From the IMG/VR virus record IMGVR_UViG_3300042894_006602: DNA of 46,072 bases; one strand, written 5' to 3'. The first letter of the stretch is position 1. The number at the start of each line of letters is the position of its first letter. A program made the position numbers and the translations under genes. The DNA comes from a virus. Its lineage: Duplodnaviria > Heunggongvirae > Uroviricota > Caudoviricetes. Below, one piece after another: positions 8,952 to 17,570 of this stretch. The notes below the pieces were generated by a model. The model saw only the letters and a program-made list of their open reading frames with translations. It was not told the DNA's origin and made no database searches.

Positions 8952-11838
8952 ATCTTATTACTTTTTTAATACTTCCATCATCATATACTTCAATATAAAT
9001 ACCATTTGATATAGCTTGATTATAATCAATTTCTTGTCCTAAAAGATTTAGATATTTGACAACTACTTTATCGGATGCATTAATATTATTTATAGAAATA
9101 GGACCAAATGTTTCATAGACACCATCATTATCAAATTGTTGTAATTTATAGTAGTTGATTACTGATTTTACTCCAGAGTGTTGATAAGAATATTCAATTG
9201 GTTGATTTGAGTTATTCGAACCACTAATAGTAACAATAGAATTCCAATATTCACCATCTTCGCTGTGTAGTAGATTAAAATGTGATGAATTGTATTCAGA
9301 TGCTGTTTTCCAAACTAATAAGTTGTTTCTATAACCATAAGGTATTCCTTCTAAATACATAAGTTCAACCGGAAGGGCGACTTGTATATTTATTTGATAT
9401 TCCTCTATTTCACCCCAATTATATCCACTTGAGTTATAAGCATCTGTGGTAGGTGTTCCATTCCATCTTGATAACACTCTCATTTTAACTAATGCAGTTG
9501 CGGCATCAGATGGAACTGTAAATACTTGAGTTTGTGTAGTTGCGGGAGCTTTTTGCATTATATTTTCAGACACTTCAAATATACCATCATTATCAAAATC
9601 TATCCAAGCTGCATAACCAGATGCTGTTCCTAAGAATGTAATCGGACTAGAAACTGATAAATTATAATCTGAGCCTTTAACTAAATTGGTTGAAATAGAG
9701 GTAAAGTCCTGATATGAATCTCCTAATGGTAAATCATATGTTGAATTGTTGTTTATTGTGTTTAAAGTAACATTTGAAATATAATCTCCGTCTTCTGTTC
9801 CATAAACATATGGAGGAGCGGATTGCAAAGCAATAGATATTGGTGAGGTAACTCCTGCTGGGCAAGCACCACTAACTGAAGTGGTCCTAAACCAAATGGT
9901 TGGCTGTTGTATGTTTAATATAAGAGTATATGGATTTGCTGGATTGTTTACTGTGCCGGCTACCGTTGAAAAGTTATCAAATGACCATTCAAATTTTGTT
10001 GTAGTACCACCATTTCCTGTTGTAGTAAATGTAACAGCATCGTTTACAGTTGTTGATGTTTTGTTTGCCGCTAAAGTACCTGATGTTGTAGGTGTTGAAC
10101 AAGGTGAAGTAGCACAAATTGAGAATGTTCCTTGTCCTGTACCATTACCATAACTATGAACCCTAACATAGTACGTTGATCCTATTGTTAGACTAGTGAC
10201 TGTGGTTGTTTCTGATGAGGACCCCAATGTATTATCAATACAAGCTAAAGATGTTAATCCACTACAAGTTCCACTATAAACTTGAAAAACAGCGTCTGAC
10301 ATTGTTCCTGGTGTGACCGTTATAATTTGGCTAGTTTGGGTAGCAACAAAAGAATACCAAACATCATCATCCGCTGTTCCGGTACAAGATGTTGAGGATT
10401 GGGTCGCTCCAACAGTTGTCCCATTAGTTGGTGATGTACATGAAGTTCCTGAGTTTACTGTTAATGATGGAGCACTTGAGCAGTTATTGTTTGATGGGGG
10501 TGTTACACAAGTTCTACTTATAGTGAAAGTCCCTGTTGTGGTGGTAGAATTCCAATGACCGATATAAATAAAATACACAGTTCCATTAATTGCTGTAAAT
10601 GTTGTTGTTTCATTTGTACTTGTTATATTATCAACATTAGCAACTGTGGTATATGTCCCACCACAAGATCCAGTACCACTTGTTAATACTAATAAACGAG
10701 TGTCTAAACTTTGGACTACAGTTATTGTTGTTGATTGACCATCCCCAACAAATGTATACCATACACCCATTGTACCCGTTGTAGATGAATTAGGTGCTGT
10801 CTCAGAAACAGCATTTACTGTTGTTCCTGCTAAACTAGAAGTACCACAAGGTAAACTAGTCGCCCCTGAACAATTATCGTTTGATGGTGGATTTAATGTT
10901 GTAAAAGACCAAGTATTACACCCAGTTGCTGGTCCAACAGAATTTCGTGGAACAATTTTATGATAATAAGTAGTGTTAGCATTCAACGTACCTGGATTGT
11001 AAGTAGTTCCTGCTTGATTTGAGGATACTAATGGTGGGTTTGATGCAGTTCCAAAATAAACATCATAGCCTGTTGCTGTTGCTGTTGCTGCCCAAGTAAT
11101 TGTTTGGTTTAAAGGTCGATTTGTCGCACCATTAGATGGAGACGATAGGCTAGCACATGTTGGTACTGTAGATGTAACATTATAAACAATAGATACATTG
11201 TCAATAGCTGCGGGTGGGTTTGTCCCTGCAGACCCATCATTTCTCCATTCAAATGTTAATCTATAAGCTGTGTTTGTAAAGTACGAAGCTGGTATATTTA
11301 TTGTGACCAATTGAGACGTTGATTGTAAATTATATCTTGTTCTCGTAGTGTTTGCTGTTGCAGCATTTATAATACCAGTAGGTGCAGTTCCAGTTAAAGC
11401 TTTTTGTGTACCATAAACAGGTGCAGTATTTGTTGCAGGTTCAAAATAAACAGTCATATAATCGGTTGGGGTACCTAAATAAGTTTCACCAGTTCCTTTC
11501 CAATAAAATGATAATGTAGCTGTTGCTGCATTAGTTGGTATTGTGAAGTTTCTATACAAATGCGTTACTCTTGTAGTAGTCATAGTATAAGCATTTGGGG
11601 CGGTACTTGTTGCATTTGTTATATATGCACCTCTAGAACCGCCATATGCATAAGCAGAACCTACAATCCATTGGTTTTGTGTGGCTGTCCCGGTAGTAGC
11701 CGTCCATCCGTTTGCTGCTGCGGTAGTTCCCGTTTCAAAACCACCATCGCCTGTTGGAGATAATAGAGTAGTTTGTCCTAAATTTAGGAACGGTATCAGA
11801 GTAGTGCATATTACTACTAGTAAATTAATGAGTCTCAT
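8950..11838 (-). CDS. 962-aa secreted Thr-rich surface protein with FN3-like and GEVED domains and a T9SS-type C-terminal domain
   Basis: Signal peptide MRLINLLVVICTTLIPFLNLG followed by Q. FN3-like segment (ITWAATATATGYDVYFGT). GEVED domain (DYISNVTLNTINN...YAAWIDFDNDG...GEIEEY). ALPVEL motif. Tail KYLNLLGQE...GIYIEVYDDGSIKKVIR. Confidence 0.8.
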   Translation of the reverse strand: MRLINLLVVICTTLIPFLNLGQTTLLSPTGDGGFETGTTAAANGWTATTGTATQNQWIVGSAYAYGGSRGAYITNATSTAPNAYTMTTTRVTHLYRNFTIPTNAATATLSFYWKGTGETYLGTPTDYMTVYFEPATNTAPVYGTQKALTGTAPTGIINAATANTTRTRYNLQSTSQLVTINIPASYFTNTAYRLTFEWRNDGSAGTNPPAAIDNVSIVYNVTSTVPTCASLSSPSNGATNRPLNQTITWAATATATGYDVYFGTASNPPLVSSNQAGTTYNPGTLNANTTYYHKIVPRNSVGPATGCNTWSFTTLNPPSNDNCSGATSLPCGTSSLAGTTVNAVSETAPNSSTTGTMGVWYTFVGDGQSTTITVVQSLDTRLLVLTSGTGSCGGTYTTVANVDNITSTNETTTFTAINGTVYFIYIGHWNSTTTTGTFTISRTCVTPPSNNNCSSAPSLTVNSGTSCTSPTNGTTVGATQSSTSCTGTADDDVWYSFVATQTSQIITVTPGTMSDAVFQVYSGTCSGLTSLACIDNTLGSSSETTTVTSLTIGSTYYVRVHSYGNGTGQGTFSICATSPCSTPTTSGTLAANKTSTTVNDAVTFTTTGNGGTTTKFEWSFDNFSTVAGTVNNPANPYTLILNIQQPTIWFRTTSVSGACPAGVTSPISIALQSAPPYVYGTEDGDYISNVTLNTINNNSTYDLPLGDSYQDFTSISTNLVKGSDYNLSVSSPITFLGTASGYAAWIDFDNDGIFEVSENIMQKAPATTQTQVFTVPSDAATALVKMRVLSRWNGTPTTDAYNSSGYNWGEIEEYQINIQVALPVELMYLEGIPYGYRNNLLVWKTASEYNSSHFNLLHSEDGEYWNSIVTISGSNNSNQPIEYSYQHSGVKSVINYYKLQQFDNDGVYETFGPISINNINASDKVVVKYLNLLGQEIDYNQAISNGIYIEVYDDGSIKKVIR

Positions 11839-11906
11839 ATATAAAAATTATTTTGTGCGCACTAATATATATTAAAATTATAAATAAATATCCATAAAAA
11901 AAATTA

Positions 11907-12509
11907 TTAATTATCATAATTAGTCTGTGGATGAGCAAATTTAAATTTCCAATAAAAAATTAATCCAAAAAATACACCAAAAATATGAGCTAAGTGGCCA
12001 ATGTGGTCGTTTGAATTTACAAAACAATAATAAAGTTCTACTATAATCAATGTTAAAAAAAATATATTCCTAAATTGAATCAAATTAACAAATTTCTGAA
12101 TAAATATTTCTTTTAGATTTATTTTTGAGAAGCCGTTAATAATCGAAACAGATATAGTTGCATAAACTGCACCAGATGCACCGATGATTCCAGAATTAGA
12201 ACCTAAACAATAAAGACCGGAACTAAAAATTCCAGCAAGTAAGTAAAATGATAAAAACTTATTTTTAAATAATTCTTCAACTTCAGGTCCAACAATCAAA
12301 AAGAACAACATATTGAAAAATAAATGTGTCGTGTCTGCATGAACAAAAAGATGCGTTACTAATTGATGTATACTAAAATCACTACTATAAATAGGGAAAA
12401 GAGCTAAGATATTTTCGAAGTAAAATCCAAAGATTGAAGAGATTTGGCAAATCCCAAAAACAATTAAATTTAATAATATAATTTTTTTAACCCACGTCAT
12501 TTTTATCAC
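11907..12509 (-). CDS. Rhomboid family intramembrane serine protease (start may be 12500)
   Basis: HLFFNM motif, GASG catalytic Ser, HLAHIFG His region and multiple hydrophobic helices. Confidence 0.9.
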   Translation of the reverse strand: MIKMTWVKKIILLNLIVFGICQISSIFGFYFENILALFPIYSSDFSIHQLVTHLFVHADTTHLFFNMLFFLIVGPEVEELFKNKFLSFYLLAGIFSSGLYCLGSNSGIIGASGAVYATISVSIINGFSKINLKEIFIQKFVNLIQFRNIFFLTLIIVELYYCFVNSNDHIGHLAHIFGVFFGLIFYWKFKFAHPQTNYDN

Positions 12510-12669
12510 GGTTATCTATCACAATTCTCATACAACCATGGCAAACAATAACCGGACCGTTTTTAGTCATAATCACTTTTCTATCACATTTCATTTCACA
12601 ATCCTTTGTTCCAACCGGAGCAAAATCATCTTCTATCTTACGAGGTTTTCTTTTAAATAAATCTTTCAT
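12487..12669 (-). CDS. Small Cys-containing hypothetical protein (possible Zn ribbon)
   Basis: CEMKC...CHGC motifs. Confidence 0.6.
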   Translation of the reverse strand: MKDLFKRKPRKIEDDFAPVGTKDCEMKCDRKVIMTKNGPVIVCHGCMRIVIDNRDKNDVG

Positions 12670-12995
12670 ATTATTCCTTTAATGATTAAATCTCTTCTTA
12701 ACGACTTTAATAAACTCAACTCTTCCTCAAATTGATCGAATTCATTTGTCAATTTTTTAATCTGTTCATTTACTACAGCCAAAGATACGGATTTTTTATT
12801 ATATTTTATCCAATCTTCTTTAATATAATTTGGCATTTGAGAAATGTCAAATATTTTTTGCTCTTCTTCAATCAAAAAAGAATATTCACCATCTTTTTCT
12901 ATTAAAATGGTGAAATAATTATCAAGACTATAGTTATTGATTTTTGATGTGGTGGTAATATGATTCCACGGTTTGACATTAATTTCCCTTTTCAT
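12666..12995 (-). CDS. Hypothetical protein (109 aa) ending in RRDLIIKGII
   Basis: ORF track, 4-nt overlap with its neighbour. Confidence 0.7.
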   Translation of the reverse strand: MKREINVKPWNHITTTSKINNYSLDNYFTILIEKDGEYSFLIEEEQKIFDISQMPNYIKEDWIKYNKKSVSLAVVNEQIKKLTNEFDQFEEELSLLKSLRRDLIIKGII

Positions 12996-13614
12996 TTCCC
13001 AGATTATCTAAGAATTTCTTTTCTTCAGGAGTTAAGATACTAATACCATACTTTGATATTTTATCGAGTATTTCATCAACATCAAATTTTGATTTATTTT
13101 CATCAATTATTTTATCAACCTCAGACTGATCTTGATTTTCTGTATTTTTGACAAGTTTTTGCATTTCATTAAAATCAAATTTGAATTGTTTTTCAAAATC
13201 TTGCTTTGAAAGAACTAAGCCAAAAAAGTTTACCACTTCTGATATTTCTCTTTTATATAAATGGTCTATTGCTTTAGCAATATCAGAAATAACATGTTTA
13301 TCAGCTTTATCAGATGTATAAAGGCATTTGTTATTTTGAAAAATTGCAACATCATTTTTATCAAGTAAATAAATGATGTCAATATTTCCGTGGTCCTGTA
13401 AAGTTGATTCAATGTGGACAGTCGAATTAACTCTACTTTTGAATTTAGAAAGACCAGTCGTAATATTGTCCAAAAGTTGAACATATTGTTTATTGATATT
13501 TTCTATCAATTTATCGTTCTCTTTTTTTACTTCATTTTCAACCATAGTTTTATAAACTTTGGCACCGAATAATACTCCAATCACAAAGGAAATAAATATG
13601 TAAACTGCTATCAT
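12979..13614 (-). CDS. Membrane-anchored hypothetical protein with a C-terminal DUF6576-like helix hairpin
   Basis: N-terminal TM helix IAVYIFISFVIGVLFGA and C-terminal DVDEILDKISKYGISILTPEEKKFL. Confidence 0.65.
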   Translation of the reverse strand: MIAVYIFISFVIGVLFGAKVYKTMVENEVKKENDKLIENINKQYVQLLDNITTGLSKFKSRVNSTVHIESTLQDHGNIDIIYLLDKNDVAIFQNNKCLYTSDKADKHVISDIAKAIDHLYKREISEVVNFFGLVLSKQDFEKQFKFDFNEMQKLVKNTENQDQSEVDKIIDENKSKFDVDEILDKISKYGISILTPEEKKFLDNLGNEKGN

Positions 13615-13617
13615 ATC

Positions 13618-14715
13618 TTATATATTATATACTTTTCTTCTTATTTTGATGATTAAATCATTTATAAAATTATTTTCTAATTTATCCGGTAAGTCGGAAT
13701 TTTCAAAAATATTGTCAATTTTTTCAATGTCAGTTTCGACCGAATCTATCAAAGATTGTAAATCAACTTCACCCCTTCTGATAGAAATTAACTCTTTAGC
13801 ATTTGACCTACGAACTATGATACCTTTACCCTCACCAATTTCTAAAGCCATTTCCATAAGACGTTTACAATGCATCATATTCTTACCGTCAATTTTTTGA
13901 CCATGTGATTTTACATCAATCCATCGAGCCAAGTTTCTGTTTTCTAACCACTCTTGATAAGATTTGTAGTCTTTACAATGTTGAGAATATCCATCTTTAT
14001 TATATGAAACATAGCCTTTAAACATTGACTCATATTCTTTTTCAACTGAACTTAATCTTATATCATTTGATTCTTCAAACGCAACTCCTTTGAAACCTAC
14101 AGATTTAGACAAAGAATTATCATAGTATAAACCATAAAGATCTTTACAGTGTGGTATTTTAGAAAGTCCACAATTCTGCTGAACTAGTCCTCTAAAGTTA
14201 AGCCATTCAGAAAGCTCAACAGCTCTCACACCATCATAGACGTAACAAAAGTCAATAGGTGTTTTACGAGTTACTTTATCTTTCTCCCAATTTTGTTTTT
14301 TATCCTGACCTTTTGCTTTAGAGATTTGTTGTTTAGCATATCCACCAAAAGATTTAGCGCAAACTTTAGTAATAAATTTTTGACGATTTTCTAATACTAA
14401 ATCAAAAATCGGATTTTTATAAATTATACAATCTTCAGGAGTGTTAAGTAGCTCTAAAACAGTAGGGTTATTGCTACCTAATAATTCTAAAAATCTACGT
14501 ATTTCATAGATAACAATATCATTGTTATCATCATTTATTTGTTCTTTATAAGTATTACCTAAAACATCATCTATTGATTGAATAAACACACCAGCATAGT
14601 CAGTGTCTGAAGTTTCAATATTAGTACCATATGCGTGTGATCCACGTATAACTAAGTATAGTGGTATAGCACCTGGTGATTTGTGTTGGATTATATCAAA
14701 AAGATTTTCTATCAT
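13618..14715 (-). CDS. DNA polymerase beta-superfamily nucleotidyltransferase (PF10127/RlaP-like)
   Basis: RGSHAYGTNIETSDTDYAGVF (GS...DxD), YEIRRFLELL..NNPTVLELL, K.MMHC.RL. Confidence 0.85.
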   Translation of the reverse strand: MIENLFDIIQHKSPGAIPLYLVIRGSHAYGTNIETSDTDYAGVFIQSIDDVLGNTYKEQINDDNNDIVIYEIRRFLELLGSNNPTVLELLNTPEDCIIYKNPIFDLVLENRQKFITKVCAKSFGGYAKQQISKAKGQDKKQNWEKDKVTRKTPIDFCYVYDGVRAVELSEWLNFRGLVQQNCGLSKIPHCKDLYGLYYDNSLSKSVGFKGVAFEESNDIRLSSVEKEYESMFKGYVSYNKDGYSQHCKDYKSYQEWLENRNLARWIDVKSHGQKIDGKNMMHCKRLMEMALEIGEGKGIIVRRSNAKELISIRRGEVDLQSLIDSVETDIEKIDNIFENSDLPDKLENNFINDLIIKIRRKVYNI

Positions 14716-14786
14716 TTTATATTTTAGTACGGTAAATATAATAAGTTTCTTTTAAAACTTATACAAAAAGATAAAATATAATTTCT

Positions 14787-15365
14787 ATGCATTATCAACA
14801 ACCAACAAACGATCCTTTAAATTATTATTATTTTAAAAATATGTTCTCTGAACAAGAAGTTAAAAATATACTTTTCAGCGTTCAGAGTTTGCCTTATGAA
14901 AATGCAAAAGTTTCATCGGGCGAACCATCAGCTGACATAAGAAAAAGCCAAGTAAAATGGATTCCAGAAAATGATGATTTTAGTTGGATTTATCAAAGAA
15001 TGTTAGAGGTAGCACTTGAAGCAAATCAAAAACTTTGGCACTTTGATATCTTTAACTCAGAAATGATGCAATATACTGAATATAATGATAAAGATGCTGG
15101 TCACTATAATTGGCATCAAGATCTAGGACCAGATATTTTATCTCACAGAAAAGTTTCAATTTCTGTACAACTTTCTGATCCAGTTTCTTATAGTGGTGGT
15201 GATTTGCAGTTCTGGACTGGTGGAGATTCAAATGTGATTTCAGTTCAAAAGTCTTTAGGTGAAGCTACTATTTTTCCGAGTTATATGATGCATCGTGTTA
15301 CTAAAGTATACTGGGGAACAAGAAAATCACTTGTTCTTTGGATTGGAGGTAGTCATTTTAAATAA
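14787..15365 (+). CDS. 2OG-Fe(II) oxygenase (prolyl hydroxylase/PKHD-like)
   Basis: HxD (WHQD), RKVSISVQLS, YSGGDL, FPSYMMHRV, RKSLV. Confidence 0.9.
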   Translation: MHYQQPTNDPLNYYYFKNMFSEQEVKNILFSVQSLPYENAKVSSGEPSADIRKSQVKWIPENDDFSWIYQRMLEVALEANQKLWHFDIFNSEMMQYTEYNDKDAGHYNWHQDLGPDILSHRKVSISVQLSDPVSYSGGDLQFWTGGDSNVISVQKSLGEATIFPSYMMHRVTKVYWGTRKSLVLWIGGSHFK

Positions 15366-15403
15366 TCAATCAATAATTTGATTGATATCTCTTCATCCTT
15401 CCA

Positions 15404-16747
15404 TTACTTAAATTTCTTTTTCAATTCATTCAAATCATGAACATACATATCTTTTGGATTAGTTTCTTCCATCTTTTGAATCTCGGCTTTCTTTTCAATA
15501 AAATCAGCTTTCAATTTTTCATAAATTTCTCTTGTTAGAGAGTAAATTGGCATTCTAAGTAAGTAGTCATAGGATTCATCAATCTTATCAAGTTTCATTT
15601 CTTCTATACCTATAATTATGTCAGACTTAGGCACGTTGCTAACTTTTAATTTTTCTTCAATGATAGCTTTAATAAACTTTCCTCTATTTGAAAGTATTTT
15701 TAAATCTCTATTCATTCTATCAAGTAGATACGCTTTTCTTTTGTGATAGTATTCCAATCTGAAATTAACAAAGTAGTTAATAATATCTTCTATATTTTCG
15801 AAGATTTTTAATTTACCTCCTTCATCAAGAGTTGAAAATATCTCAGTTGAAGTTTCTTCTAATTTTAATAACTTAATTAATTTCTCATCATCTAATTTTT
15901 CTAAATCTGAACGAGTGAACTTAATAGTATAATCTATATTATCTTTACAGTTATCATCATAAGAAGCAATTAACTTATCATCAACTAATTTGTCCAGTAT
16001 TTCTTCATACTTTTCATATGTCATCGACGGTGGTAATTCAGATATTTTTACAGTAGACGTATTTACTTTTTGAAACTTACCTCTAATGAACCATTTTTTA
16101 TGATTTTCTATATCTTGTATATAATCTCCTGAAAATCCATTTAAAGATGGTTTGATTGAACCTGGATTTTTTCCACTCAACACTTTTAGACAAGCATCAA
16201 TAATTATTTTAATATCTCTATTTAAGATGTTTGAGGCAAAGCCTACAGCAATTCCGGAAGAACCATTAAGCAGTACAGTTGGAACTATTGGTAAAAAATA
16301 ATGAGGTTCGATTGTTTCACCTTCTTCCTCTTTGAAATTTAATAATTCAAAGTCTTTGTAGATAAGTCTAAAATTTTCTGAAAGTTTTGTGCCGATGTAT
16401 CGTGGTGCTCCTGCTTGTGGAGACCTTAATGAACCAAACTGACCTTCTTCTTCTAAGAGCGAAGCATTGTTTTTAAACTTTTGTGCCATTGTTATAATAG
16501 CATTCGATAGTGATGCGTCACCGTGATGATAAAAACAGTCCGAAGCTACTTTACCACTTAATTGAAATACTTTAAGTGTCTTTTCGTTTCCTGTTCTCCA
16601 GATTTGATTTGCAATATGAATAATCTTTCTTTGTGTTGGTTTAAAGCCGTCAATCACCGAAGGGATTGCTCGGCCTTCAATAACATACATCGCGAACTCT
16701 TTATATTCTCCAGATAAAAATTGTGAAATAGTTTTTTGTGTTGTCAT
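15404..16747 (-). CDS. DNA topoisomerase II, T4 gp52-like (GyrA/ParC-type) subunit
   Basis: RAIPSVIDGFKPTQRK, YHHGDAS and catalytic APRY. The 447-aa length lacks a gyrase C-terminal domain, as in phage subunits. Confidence 0.95.
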   Translation of the reverse strand: MTTQKTISQFLSGEYKEFAMYVIEGRAIPSVIDGFKPTQRKIIHIANQIWRTGNEKTLKVFQLSGKVASDCFYHHGDASLSNAIITMAQKFKNNASLLEEEGQFGSLRSPQAGAPRYIGTKLSENFRLIYKDFELLNFKEEEGETIEPHYFLPIVPTVLLNGSSGIAVGFASNILNRDIKIIIDACLKVLSGKNPGSIKPSLNGFSGDYIQDIENHKKWFIRGKFQKVNTSTVKISELPPSMTYEKYEEILDKLVDDKLIASYDDNCKDNIDYTIKFTRSDLEKLDDEKLIKLLKLEETSTEIFSTLDEGGKLKIFENIEDIINYFVNFRLEYYHKRKAYLLDRMNRDLKILSNRGKFIKAIIEEKLKVSNVPKSDIIIGIEEMKLDKIDESYDYLLRMPIYSLTREIYEKLKADFIEKKAEIQKMEETNPKDMYVHDLNELKKKFK

Positions 16748-16752
16748 AAGTC

Positions 16753-16780
16753 GTATATAGTAAAAAATAATTTTTGTTTA
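16753..16780 (-). promoter_or_regulatory. Bipartite motif TAAACAAA-N8-TTTACTATATAC upstream of the gp52-like gene
   Basis: The same motif with the same spacing occurs at 17525..17552, upstream of the other topoisomerase subunit. Confidence 0.6.
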
Positions 16781-16821
16781 TTAATTCATATTCTCTGTAG
16801 TTTTTTATTAAGAATTTTTAC

Positions 16822-16831
16822 TTAATATATA
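16822..16831 (+). promoter_or_regulatory. TTAATATATA motif 4 nt upstream of an ATG (putative phage late promoter)
   Basis: Recurs upstream of leader-bearing genes at 19449, 32126, 34545, 38371 and 45216. Confidence 0.5.
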
Positions 16832-16835
16832 TGTT

Positions 16836-17519
16836 ATGAAAAGAGTAAAAGGATATCAAGACTTTCTAATACAAGAAAAATTTGATGACAATTTAAAGGC
16901 TGAACTTAAAAGAATGGGTATAACCGATGAAGATGATATTAATAAATATTTGTGGTATGCTCATAGAGGAAATTTATCTAATTACCTTAGACAAGAAGGT
17001 AAAGATTTTAAATTCGGAATGTTACTTGCGATGTTTAAAGATGCTCAAGAAGCCAAAAAAAGAACAGATTTTAAGGTAGGTTTTTTCAAAGCATTACATA
17101 GAATACTTCCTATGGCTCTTGCACCTTTCTTTCCGATAGCTGCGGTTTTTGGTATTATTTTTGGATCGACCCGAGCATTCAATAAAATAATAGGACCAAT
17201 TCTAAATGATCCAACTGATAAATATGAGAGTTTCTTAGAGGCTCTTATAAAAAGAGGAATGCAAGTAGCTGAAGGTGAAATTCCAGTTAAAGATAGATTT
17301 ACAAGAGCATTTGTTGTTTCTGATAATTTAGTTGCAGCTATAAGACCTGATGTTCTTCAAAAATTTGCATCAGAATTATCTAAAAAAATGAGTGAAGAAA
17401 ATCCCGACAAAGTTGTTCCAAACGACTACATTGAGAATGAATTGAAAAGATATCTAAATAAAGAATTTGATGTAAATCCTCCAATTTTGACAAAGGATCA
17501 GTTGATTGAAGGTAAGTAG
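16836..17519 (+). CDS. Hypothetical protein with capsid-targeting-like leader (MKRVKGYQDFLIQE) and a central hydrophobic segment
   Basis: ORF track, leader pattern and segment ILPMALAPFFPIAAVFGIIFG. Confidence 0.75.
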   Translation: MKRVKGYQDFLIQEKFDDNLKAELKRMGITDEDDINKYLWYAHRGNLSNYLRQEGKDFKFGMLLAMFKDAQEAKKRTDFKVGFFKALHRILPMALAPFFPIAAVFGIIFGSTRAFNKIIGPILNDPTDKYESFLEALIKRGMQVAEGEIPVKDRFTRAFVVSDNLVAAIRPDVLQKFASELSKKMSEENPDKVVPNDYIENELKRYLNKEFDVNPPILTKDQLIEGK

Positions 17520-17524
17520 TCTAT

Positions 17525-17552
17525 TAAACAAATCTTTTCTTTTACTATATAC
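17525..17552 (+). promoter_or_regulatory. Bipartite motif TAAACAAA-N8-TTTACTATATAC upstream of the gp39/60-like gene
   Basis: Matches 16753..16780 on the minus strand. Confidence 0.6.
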
Positions 17553-17570
17553 ATCTAAAATTTAAATTTT

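Noticed and set aside
14787-15365. 2OG-Fe(II) oxygenase as a prolyl hydroxylase for the collagen-like fibres
   Set aside because: The Gly-X-Y tracts contain essentially no proline, so there is no evident substrate link. Such oxygenases are common in aquatic phages.
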